Assembly: GCA_017994375.1 (NCBI GenBank)
Contig: JAGOLA010000001.1
Span: forward strand, 1 to 47,690
DNA length: 47,690 nucleotides
From: Candidatus Omnitrophota bacterium
Lineage (GTDB): Bacteria; Omnitrophota; Gorgyraeia; Duberdicusellales; 4484-171
Direction: 5' to 3'
Shown here piece after piece: positions 38,630 through 46,905 of the stretch. The position numbers and the translations under genes were made by a program. The notes beneath the pieces are model-generated. The model worked only from the letters and a program-made list of their open reading frames with translations. It searched no databases and was not told where the DNA came from. How positions within the stretch are numbered: position 1 is the stretch's first letter; the number at the start of each line of letters is the position of its first letter.

Positions 38630-40486
38630 ATGGATAAAAGGTTAAAAAAATTAAAAGCTTCTTTAAAAGGGTTATTGTCCGTTAAATATTTTATAGACCT
38701 TGTCTTAATAATTACTAGTTATTGGTTATCTTATTTAGTAAGATTTGAAGGAATAGTTCCGGTCGAAGAAGTTCTTATTTTTAAAGAATCTCTTTTAACC
38801 TTTGTTTTAGGGTTTTTAATTTGTGATTTATTATTCGGGCTTACCAGAAGCATTTGGAGATATACTAGCTTGCAGGACATTGAGAATATCGGGTTTTTCG
38901 TCTTGAGCGGAAGCGGCTTAAGCGTGCTTATCGGTTTGATATTTTTTCCTAAAGAGATAGCCAATGTTCCTAGATCGATATACATAATAAATTTTTTCTT
39001 TCTTTTCTTTGGTATAAGCGGAACCAGGCTTTCTTACCGTATCTTATTTGACCAATGGCGAAAGATTAAGAAAGGCAAAGAGAATGTTTTAATAGTAGGT
39101 GACCAAAACATCGGAGTTTCGTTGCAGCAATCTATTTTGCAAGACCGTACTCATCAGTTTAATATCGTTGGTTTTATTACTTTGGTAAAAAGCCGTATTG
39201 GCAATACCGTAAATGCTACTCCGATAATCGGCTTACCCGAAGATATTCCTAGCATAGCTAAGAACGAAGATATAAAGTGTATTTTTATAGCCTTAGATTC
39301 TGCTTCTAATGAAGAGATGAAGAAAGTAATAAAAATATCTCAAAACACCGGAGTGTTAACCAGGATCAGCCCCAGCATAGTAGATTTAATTAACAGTAAA
39401 TTTTCGCTTAATGATTTACGAGAAGTAAAATTTGAAGACTATCTGGATAGACAGCCAGTTAAATTTGATTTGGATAAATTGAAAGGAGAGTTTTTTGGGA
39501 AAAATATTTTAGTAACCGGTGCCGGCGGTTCTATCGGAGCTAGTTTGTGCGAAGAGTTATTGGTTTTTGAGCCAGCGAGGCTAATAGCGATAGACTTATC
39601 AGAAAATAACCTTTTTGGCGTTTCGCAAAGGTTAACGGAGATAAAAAAGAAAATGCCCGCTAACTCTACTGAGATAATATATAAAATTTTAGATATTAAA
39701 GACCAAGTTTTACTGGGAAAATTTTTAGAAGCTAACTCTGTAGATTATCTGATACATACTGCAGCTTTAAAGCATGTTCCTTTCTGCGAGGAGAACCCGC
39801 AGATGGCGATACAAACTAATCTTTACGGTACTTTAAATCTTCTATTATTAGCTGATAGAGTAAAAATCAAGAAATTTATATATATTTCGACGGATAAAGC
39901 TGTTAATCCAATATCGATAATGGGTGTTACCAAGAGAATTGGAGAATTATTAGTAAAAGATTTTAGCCATAACAAGTCTTCTCAAACAAAATTTATGGCA
40001 GTTAGATTCGGAAATGTCATTGGCAGTTCCGGCAATGTAGTAGAAATATTTACCCATCAACTACAAAAAGGTTTACCGCTTACTATTACCGATTCTCGGA
40101 TGGAACGTTACTTTATGAGTTTAGAAGAAGCTACTAAGCTAATAATGGAAGCTATAGTTATAGGAGGCGAGGGTGAGACTTTTGTTTTGGATATGGGGCG
40201 AGCAGTAAAGATAAGAGACTTAGCCGACGATATTGCTTTATTTTATGGCCGGCAAATCAAAGAAAAAGATATTATCTATATCGGTAAAAGGAAAGCCGAA
40301 AAAATAACCGAGGATTTATTTGGGCTAAACGAAGAAAAAATGCCAACGAGCTTAGGAAGAATTTTTGAAGTCAGAGAAAAAGTACCAACAGAAGGTTTAA
40401 TCGATAAAGTAAAAAAATTATGCCAAGACCTTAATCAGCTTAATGAACGAGAAATAAGAGAAGAGCTTTTTGCTATAATAGAATAA
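38630..40486 (+). CDS. membrane-anchored nucleotide-sugar 4,6-dehydratase (CapD/PglF/WbpM family)
   Basis: N-terminal 4 TM segments, Rossmann motif VTGAGGSIGASLCEEL, STDKAVNP, and FGNVIGSSGNV. Confidence 0.88.
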   Translation: MDKRLKKLKASLKGLLSVKYFIDLVLIITSYWLSYLVRFEGIVPVEEVLIFKESLLTFVLGFLICDLLFGLTRSIWRYTSLQDIENIGFFVLSGSGLSVLIGLIFFPKEIANVPRSIYIINFFFLFFGISGTRLSYRILFDQWRKIKKGKENVLIVGDQNIGVSLQQSILQDRTHQFNIVGFITLVKSRIGNTVNATPIIGLPEDIPSIAKNEDIKCIFIALDSASNEEMKKVIKISQNTGVLTRISPSIVDLINSKFSLNDLREVKFEDYLDRQPVKFDLDKLKGEFFGKNILVTGAGGSIGASLCEELLVFEPARLIAIDLSENNLFGVSQRLTEIKKKMPANSTEIIYKILDIKDQVLLGKFLEANSVDYLIHTAALKHVPFCEENPQMAIQTNLYGTLNLLLLADRVKIKKFIYISTDKAVNPISIMGVTKRIGELLVKDFSHNKSSQTKFMAVRFGNVIGSSGNVVEIFTHQLQKGLPLTITDSRMERYFMSLEEATKLIMEAIVIGGEGETFVLDMGRAVKIRDLADDIALFYGRQIKEKDIIYIGKRKAEKITEDLFGLNEEKMPTSLGRIFEVREKVPTEGLIDKVKKLCQDLNQLNEREIREELFAIIE

Positions 40487-40507
40487 ATAGAAATAATTTA
40501 AATAAAA

Positions 40508-41617
40508 ATGCGCAAACGTAGTCAGAAGATTTTTATTATCGGTGCCGGTCCTATTGGTTGTTATCTCGCCCAACTGTTGAAAAAAAAATCTATACAGCCG
40601 GTTCTTATCGAAGAGCATAAAAAATTAGGCCGGCCAGTTCATTGCGCCGGTTTAATCGGAAAAAAAAGTTTTGAAGAGTCTCAAATACACTTATCGCCAA
40701 AAAGTATAATTAATACTGTCAACGGAGCCAAAATACATTTGAATAATGAAGTAATAACAGTTACCAGGGAAAAAGTCGCTTATGTTATCGATAGAGAAAA
40801 GTTTGACAAGAGCCTGGGTGAAGGGCTAGATGTGCGTTTTAGCACTAAATTCTTAGGCCTAGAAGAAAAAAATCACCACTATATTATTGAGACCGATAAA
40901 GGAGATTTTGAAGCTGATATTGTCATTGGTGCTGACGGAGCTAAATCATTAGTAAGAGATTTTGTAACCGGTAAAAATATCGAGTATTTAACCGGAGTCC
41001 AATTTCGCATGAAATACAAAACCGAATATAAAGACAGAGTGGAAGTGTACATAAAGAGGCCTTATTTTTACTGGATTATTCCCGAACAAGAAGATATCGT
41101 TCGCATCGGAGTTATTTCTAAAACCCCCTATAAAGATTTATTAAAATTTATTAAAGAAAAAAGGATAAAAGGCAAAATTTTAGAGAAATTTGCCGGAATA
41201 GTACCACTCGATCACTTTTCTTCTTTATCTAAAGGCCGGATATTTCTAGTAGGCGATAGTGCTTGCCAGATTAAACCCTTGACTTACGGCGGAGTATATA
41301 TGGGTATGAGAGGAGCGGAAATTTTAGCTAAATGCATAGTAAAAGATAATTTTTCGAATTATTCTTTGTTTTGGAAGAGAAAATTCGGCCGAGAAGTAGC
41401 TATAACTTCTAAGATACGGGAGACTTTGCATAAGCTTAACGATAAAGAAATTTCCAGGATATTTTCTTTCGTTAAAAGCAAAAATAAATTGATAGAAGAA
41501 AAGGGAGATTTTGAGAATCATTCTTTTCTTCTTTGGGAGTTATTACGGCAGCCCGATGTTACCAGAGAGTTATTTCAGATATTATTAAGCGTGACTAGCG
41601 CCCAATTTAGGAAATAA
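40508..41617 (+). CDS. geranylgeranyl reductase-family FAD-dependent oxidoreductase
   Basis: FAD-binding IIGAGPIGCYLA, a conserved Cys context PVHCAGLIG, ADGAKS, and LVGDSACQIKPLTYGGV (GD-type FAD motif). Family-level call only. Confidence 0.6.
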   Translation: MRKRSQKIFIIGAGPIGCYLAQLLKKKSIQPVLIEEHKKLGRPVHCAGLIGKKSFEESQIHLSPKSIINTVNGAKIHLNNEVITVTREKVAYVIDREKFDKSLGEGLDVRFSTKFLGLEEKNHHYIIETDKGDFEADIVIGADGAKSLVRDFVTGKNIEYLTGVQFRMKYKTEYKDRVEVYIKRPYFYWIIPEQEDIVRIGVISKTPYKDLLKFIKEKRIKGKILEKFAGIVPLDHFSSLSKGRIFLVGDSACQIKPLTYGGVYMGMRGAEILAKCIVKDNFSNYSLFWKRKFGREVAITSKIRETLHKLNDKEISRIFSFVKSKNKLIEEKGDFENHSFLLWELLRQPDVTRELFQILLSVTSAQFRK

Positions 41618-41619
41618 AT

Positions 41620-42918
41620 ATGCCTTTGACTTTAAAAAATAGGATAATTGGAATTCTTACCGTATTTACCGTAATAAGCATAGTTGTATTTATTTCTATC
41701 CAGATTTCGCACGAGCTAGAAATGCTAAATAAATACAATACTTACAAAGCGAAAATAGTTTCGACGGTAATAAAAGAGAAATTAGAAAATATTTTAGGTC
41801 TGGAGATTTTAGAAGAGCAAAAAGTAAATTTCTTAGAAAAAACCGTAGAGAATTTAAAAAAATCACGCTCCATAGAAAAAATCTATATCTTTGATGCCCA
41901 AGGCAATATTATTGCTGCCAGTGAAGACTGGCTTAAACAGAGTCAAGCCGAATATAGCGACATTGTAGCTATAGATAAGGCTACAAAGAATAAGTTAGAA
42001 GAGGAAATAATTATTGATAAGAGCCTTAAACAATTTTCACTGTACATTCCCGTAGAAACTGCTGGTCAAATAAAAGTTGTTGCTAAAGTGTTCTTTTCTT
42101 TAGGAGATATCTGGGATGCCTTAAAGCAGATTTATAGAGAAGCAATAATAATCGGGATTTTAATAATAATTATAAATATTTTTATCGGTTTATTTCTTTC
42201 GCGTTTAATTATCGGCCCAATAAAGGTTTTTAACAAAGCTGCCGGAGCGATAGCAGCAGGAAGTCTTGACTTAAGAGTTAAAATTCATACCAATGACGAA
42301 TTGGAGGAGTTAGCCAAAGTTTTCAATTATATGACCGAAGAGTTAATGAAGATGAAAGCTAAAGCCGAAAATGCTAATCCTTTGACTAAATTGCCGGGTA
42401 ATTTAGTAATAATGGAGGAAGTAGAAAAACGTATTAAGGAAGATAAAAAATTTACTGTTATCTACGCCGATTTGGACAATTTTAAAGCCTTTAACGATAA
42501 ATACGGCATCCATAAGGGAGATGAAGCCATAAAATTAACCGGAGATGTTTTTAAAGAGGCAATTAATAATAAAGGAGATAACTCTGATTTTGTCGGCCAC
42601 GAAGGAGGAGATGATTTTATTATTCTTACTACCCCTCAACGAGCGGATGAAGTTGTTGACTATATAATTCATAATTTTGACGAAAAGATACGCCTTTTAT
42701 ATGATAAAGAAGATTTAGAAAGAGGTTATATCGTAGCCCATTCCCGAGAAGGAGAAGTAAAACAGTTTCCGATAATGACTATATCTTTGGCCGGCGTCAC
42801 TAACCAGTATAGACCAATTTCTACCTATAGCGAAGTAACTAATATAGTTGCCGAAGTAAAAAAGAAAGCTAAAGGTAAAAATAAGAGCTGTTTCGTGTTG
42901 GATAAAAGAGAAAAATGA
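41620..42918 (+). CDS. sensor protein: TM, extracytoplasmic domain, TM, HAMP, then GGDEF-type cyclase domain with a GGDDF motif
   Basis: Two TM segments flank an approximately 140-aa domain. HAMP region (IGPIKVFNKAAGAIAAGSLDLRV...DELEELAKVFNYM). Cyclase domain DLDNFKAFNDKYGIHKGDEAI and HEGGDDFIIL (GGDDF encoded at 42604-42618). No RxxD I-site; DNSD is in its place. Confidence 0.8.
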   Translation: MPLTLKNRIIGILTVFTVISIVVFISIQISHELEMLNKYNTYKAKIVSTVIKEKLENILGLEILEEQKVNFLEKTVENLKKSRSIEKIYIFDAQGNIIAASEDWLKQSQAEYSDIVAIDKATKNKLEEEIIIDKSLKQFSLYIPVETAGQIKVVAKVFFSLGDIWDALKQIYREAIIIGILIIIINIFIGLFLSRLIIGPIKVFNKAAGAIAAGSLDLRVKIHTNDELEELAKVFNYMTEELMKMKAKAENANPLTKLPGNLVIMEEVEKRIKEDKKFTVIYADLDNFKAFNDKYGIHKGDEAIKLTGDVFKEAINNKGDNSDFVGHEGGDDFIILTTPQRADEVVDYIIHNFDEKIRLLYDKEDLERGYIVAHSREGEVKQFPIMTISLAGVTNQYRPISTYSEVTNIVAEVKKKAKGKNKSCFVLDKREK

Positions 42919-42929
42919 TTTTGTTGGAT

Positions 42930-43169
42930 TTAATCCGAAAGATTAGTTTCTTCCTCAATTGTACCGAAAGTGGGAATTAAACCGCTAAGAGAAAATTCCT
43001 TATTAAAAAGTGACCCCGTGCTGTCTTCTTTCTTCTCATAAGCTACTGGCGGAGAAGCCGGTATTTTATTTATTTCTGGTGAGGAAAAGGAAGTTGCTAA
43101 AACCGAGCCTACAAAAATAACTCCTCCTATGCATAAAATTACCTTTAAAAGAAGTTTTTTCTTCTTCAT
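42930..43169 (-). CDS. small secreted or membrane-anchored hypothetical protein
   Basis: Start moved to MKKKKLLLKV (ATG 43169), preceded by GGAGG with an 8-nt spacer. It has an N-terminal hydrophobic signal or anchor. This is the only - strand gene right of the origin. Confidence 0.5.
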   Translation of the reverse strand: MKKKKLLLKVILCIGGVIFVGSVLATSFSSPEINKIPASPPVAYEKKEDSTGSLFNKEFSLSGLIPTFGTIEEETNLSD

Positions 43170-43358
43170 TACCTTAGCCTCCAATTTAAAGATACCATAA
43201 AAGAAATGCTTTGTCAATCTAGTGCAACTATTTGTTATTCAGTAGGTTAGTTTAAGCTAGACCTCTAAAATTTATAAATTAATGCCAAATATACTATTCT
43301 GGATAGAATTAGCTGATTTTAAAACGTTTTCAGTATTAAAGAATAAATTTGTTATTTG

Positions 43359-43388
43359 TTGACAAAAACAGTTAAGAGTTATTATAAT
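43359..43388 (+). promoter_or_regulatory. near-consensus sigma70 promoter for the TPR-PilZ-barrel-lipoprotein operon
   Basis: TTGACA (43359-43364), 18-nt spacer, TATAAT (43383-43388), 25 nt upstream of ATG 43414. Confidence 0.5.
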
Positions 43389-43413
43389 ATAAGATAATTT
43401 AACTTTTTTAATA

Positions 43414-45186
43414 ATGGTTAAGAAAATTGCCTCTAAAGCTAGCCTAACCCTGATGCTATCGTTTTTATTAGCGGTAGCCTTTCTCTTTATTTATAACCGT
43501 TATCTTTTGGATAAGTCTTTATCCAACTTAAGAATATCTTTGAAAGTAATAGAAAAAGCCGGTAATTTCGAAGAAGTAAAGAAAATAAAAGATATCCTTA
43601 AAGACACTTTTATCATGGAAATAAGTGCCGGCAATTTCGATTTAGCTAGGGCCGAGAAAGAAGATGTTTCCGGGGGCCCTAAAGCAAGAGGGCTGACAGC
43701 CCAGGATGAAAACAAAATATTTACCGATAAATTATCCATAGCTACAAAACTAGATTATATCGAAGATATAGTTGAAGGTATTTCCGAGCAGAAACAGATC
43801 GAAGACATAAAATATTTTATCGAAGATATTATTGCTCAAAAGATTAAAGAAAAACCCCTTTTTGTTGCTAATTTAGAAAAATTTATTGTCGAATTTTTTC
43901 CCCAACCCCGCCAAGAAAAATTTGATAATTTAAAGAACCAAGTAGAATCATTAAAACAACAGCTTGCTAATTATTCCGGCCGGCAGCTTCAGGAAAAAAT
44001 ACTAGAAATTGCCAGGATGTATTTAAGGATGGGAGAATGGGACGAGAGCCAGACATATTTAAATAAAACTTTGCTATTAGGCTCACAGAATTATTCTGGG
44101 CTTAAAGCCCAATTCTATTTAGCTGTTTTATATAAGCTTAAAGGGAACTATCAGGATTCTTTATTGGTTTTTCAAAAAATAAAAGATATCTTGCCTTTAG
44201 AGTGGAAGATGTTTTCTTATTATCAAGAAGCCGATTCTTTAGCAGCTTTAGGCGATAAGGTAAAGGCAGTAAATGTATTAGAGCAAGCCTTTGATAAAAA
44301 TCCCGATTCTGAAATTTCTCAAGTAGCTAAATTCCGTGCCGCTTATACCTATTTATATGATTTAAACGACCCCGAAAAAGCCCGCCAGGCTTTTAAAGAA
44401 TTAAAAGATAAAATTACAGTAGAAGAAGATAAAGGAAAAACTACCGATCAAAAAGAATTAGAAAAATTAAAAATTTCTTTTTACGCTGCTGAAAAGATTA
44501 TAAAAGATATCTGCAACAAATATAGAGAGGAAGGCTACCAACTTTTAAAACAGGGATATACTAAATTTGATAGCATAAAATATTTGGAAGCTTTAGACAA
44601 GTTCAATTTAGCTTTGAAAGATGATAATCAAGATCCGTTAGCCATTTCTGGGAAAAGCTTAGCGCTTTATTTTATTGGTAAACGCGAAGAGGCAATCCAA
44701 GAGTCAAGAAGAGCTAAGGAAATTTCTCCTAATGATGCTATAGTTCTAGTAAACTTAGGTTTTATATATTATAATGTGGGGATGTTGGAAGAGGCAGTGG
44801 GAGAATACCGCGCCGCCTTAAAAATAAAACCAAATTCAGCCCTTATCAATTACAATTTAGGAACCCTTTATATTTTAAGCGGAGATTTAAATCGCGCCGG
44901 GTTTCATCTTGAGAGGTCTATAGAAATAAACCCTGATTTTGCCTATCCTTTAAATAACCTAGGGTATCTTTCTTGGCTTCAAGGAGGTTATGGCGAAGCC
45001 AAAAGGTGGTTGGAAAAAGCCATTGCTTTTAAAGATGATTACGTAGACGGACGATATAACTTAGCTATTGTATTATTTATTTTAGGAAAATATGATGCCG
45101 CCCAGGAAGAATTCTTAAAAGTAGAAGAGCTATCTCCCGGTTATAAGAAAACCGGCTGGTATTTAAGCGAAATTAAAAAAAAGTAG
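43414..45186 (+). CDS. N-terminally anchored tetratricopeptide-repeat (TPR) protein
   Basis: 590 aa. One N-terminal TM or signal-anchor (LTLMLSFLLAVAFLFIY). There are multiple TPR units, clearest in the C-terminal third (e.g. AIVLVNLGFIYYNVGMLEEAVGEYRAALKIKPN and ALINYNLGTLYILSGDLNRAGFHLERSIEINPD). Confidence 0.8.
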   Translation: MVKKIASKASLTLMLSFLLAVAFLFIYNRYLLDKSLSNLRISLKVIEKAGNFEEVKKIKDILKDTFIMEISAGNFDLARAEKEDVSGGPKARGLTAQDENKIFTDKLSIATKLDYIEDIVEGISEQKQIEDIKYFIEDIIAQKIKEKPLFVANLEKFIVEFFPQPRQEKFDNLKNQVESLKQQLANYSGRQLQEKILEIARMYLRMGEWDESQTYLNKTLLLGSQNYSGLKAQFYLAVLYKLKGNYQDSLLVFQKIKDILPLEWKMFSYYQEADSLAALGDKVKAVNVLEQAFDKNPDSEISQVAKFRAAYTYLYDLNDPEKARQAFKELKDKITVEEDKGKTTDQKELEKLKISFYAAEKIIKDICNKYREEGYQLLKQGYTKFDSIKYLEALDKFNLALKDDNQDPLAISGKSLALYFIGKREEAIQESRRAKEISPNDAIVLVNLGFIYYNVGMLEEAVGEYRAALKIKPNSALINYNLGTLYILSGDLNRAGFHLERSIEINPDFAYPLNNLGYLSWLQGGYGEAKRWLEKAIAFKDDYVDGRYNLAIVLFILGKYDAAQEEFLKVEELSPGYKKTGWYLSEIKKK

Positions 45187-45204
45187 CGGTATTAAACTAA
45201 AACC

Positions 45205-45579
45205 ATGTTAGAAAGATTAAAAAAATTTTTAGGTTGGAATATACCAGAGAAAAGAGTTTTTATCCGGATAAAGTCCCACCATCTAGTAAAGTATAAAATA
45301 ATTGATGATAGCCAAAAAGTCCTTTCTTTTGCCAGAAATATCAGTGCCGGCGGAATTTTATTCTATTCCGAAAAAAAATTACCTTTAAACAGTACAATAG
45401 AGATAAAGATAAATATTCCTCCTAAACCGACACCGCTTAACGTAGTCGGAAAAATAGTAAGAGTACACCCTTTAAAAAAAATCGGTGGTTATGAAATAGG
45501 TTTAGAGTTCGTCCATATTGACGAAGAGGACCGTAATTTAATAGAAAAATTAGTTTTAAGTTCTACTTTAAATTTATAG
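45205..45579 (+). CDS. PilZ-domain protein (predicted c-di-GMP receptor)
   Basis: 124 aa. The RxxxR motif (RVFIR) and the (D/N)xSxxG motif (NISAGG) are both intact and correctly spaced. Confidence 0.82.
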   Translation: MLERLKKFLGWNIPEKRVFIRIKSHHLVKYKIIDDSQKVLSFARNISAGGILFYSEKKLPLNSTIEIKINIPPKPTPLNVVGKIVRVHPLKKIGGYEIGLEFVHIDEEDRNLIEKLVLSSTLNL

Positions 45580-46898
45580 TGGTTAATAAAGGGGTGAATC
45601 TTAATTTAGGGTTGCTGGTTTTTTTTATTATTTTTAGTGCAATATTTTTAACTACCGGGATATTAGCAGGAGCCGAAACAGTTTCTGATGGTACAAAGAT
45701 AACCGATGAAGCAGCACCATTAGAAACAGAGGAATCCATAGAACAACCGGAAGAAACAAAGCCGGCTAAACAGGTAGGCAAAAACCTTTCTGATAAAGCC
45801 GAGAACTATTTACGCCGTATTATCAAGGATTTGATTTTTACTCTTACTATGGAAGAGGAATTTAATGATAATGTTTACGAGAAAAGTACTGATGAAAAAG
45901 CCGCTTTGATTACCAGGGCTAACCTAGGAGTAAATTATGCTCCTGACTTTGATTGGGCAAAAGGGCACGGTAAGATCAGCTTCGAAACTAAAGGTGGGCC
46001 AGTAAGCTATAGTAGTCTTGAGACCGGAGATGAAGAAGAGGATTTTTCATCCAAAGTACTTATTGATTATATGAGAAGAAAATGGTATCTAGGATTGGGT
46101 TATGGGATTACCTCTACCCGGAGTTTAGGTTCAGAAATTTCTACTAGTGCCAGTGATGATACGGCTGAATATTGGAGAGATTCTTACACCATAAAGTTTG
46201 GCACTAATTGGGAAAAAATACCTTGGGAGATTAAGTATACCGAAGAAGATACTTCTTACGACGAAAAGTATCAATCTTCCGATATTTTATCCAAAGATAT
46301 TTCTCTAACTCAGTATTTCAGAGCCTCCCCCAAGACCTATTTTCTTATTAATTATAAACACGAGATAGATGAATACCCCAACAGAGGTTCTATTTCCACT
46401 GGTGGAGAAGCCGATGTATTATCAGCTGGAATAAAGGGAAAAATTTCGTCTAAGGTTACTGGGATAGCAACTTTTGGCCGGCAAATATATGATCCTGACA
46501 GCAGCGAACAAGACAAAGAAACAGATACAGTAGGCATAGAGCTAGATTACGATACTACTCAGCGTCTCAAAACTAACTTAACAGCTACAAAAGGTATAGT
46601 TGCTACCGAATATGCCAGCGAAGATTATGTCACTACCGATAAGATAGGTTTAAGTTTTAATTATTTACCGCCGTTTAGTCCAAAATTAAAATTAGGATTG
46701 AAATTATCTTTTGCTAAAGATGAGTATGAATCAGGGAGAAAAGAGGATACCTATTCTCTTGGGGCCGGCTTTGAACACAGTTTAAGAAAATGGCTTACTC
46801 TTATCGGAGCATATAAATTCACTGAAAGAAAGTCAGATTTAAATACCCAGGAATACCAAAATAATATTATTAGTTTAAAGTTAGTAGCAAAGTTTTAA
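45579..46898 (+). CDS. outer-membrane beta-barrel protein, unknown family
   Basis: Signal peptide ending ILAGA|ETV. An acidic linker is followed by about 350 aa of alternating-hydrophobicity strands with aromatic girdles. The C-terminal LKLVAKF ends in Phe (OMP sorting signature). The GTG start shares 1 nt with the PilZ stop. Confidence 0.7.
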   Translation: MVNKGVNLNLGLLVFFIIFSAIFLTTGILAGAETVSDGTKITDEAAPLETEESIEQPEETKPAKQVGKNLSDKAENYLRRIIKDLIFTLTMEEEFNDNVYEKSTDEKAALITRANLGVNYAPDFDWAKGHGKISFETKGGPVSYSSLETGDEEEDFSSKVLIDYMRRKWYLGLGYGITSTRSLGSEISTSASDDTAEYWRDSYTIKFGTNWEKIPWEIKYTEEDTSYDEKYQSSDILSKDISLTQYFRASPKTYFLINYKHEIDEYPNRGSISTGGEADVLSAGIKGKISSKVTGIATFGRQIYDPDSSEQDKETDTVGIELDYDTTQRLKTNLTATKGIVATEYASEDYVTTDKIGLSFNYLPPFSPKLKLGLKLSFAKDEYESGRKEDTYSLGAGFEHSLRKWLTLIGAYKFTERKSDLNTQEYQNNIISLKLVAKF

Positions 46899-46905
46899 CA
46901 CTATT

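Noticed and set aside
40418-40618. A 66-aa - strand ORF spanning the PglF-like/GGR junction. The same applies to other antisense ORFs in the glycan locus (for example 26027-26260, 29004-29267, 32764-33048, 33139-33426 and 33777-34082).
   Set aside because: All are antisense to motif-supported genes, lack an RBS, and have a composition typical of reverse-frame translation.
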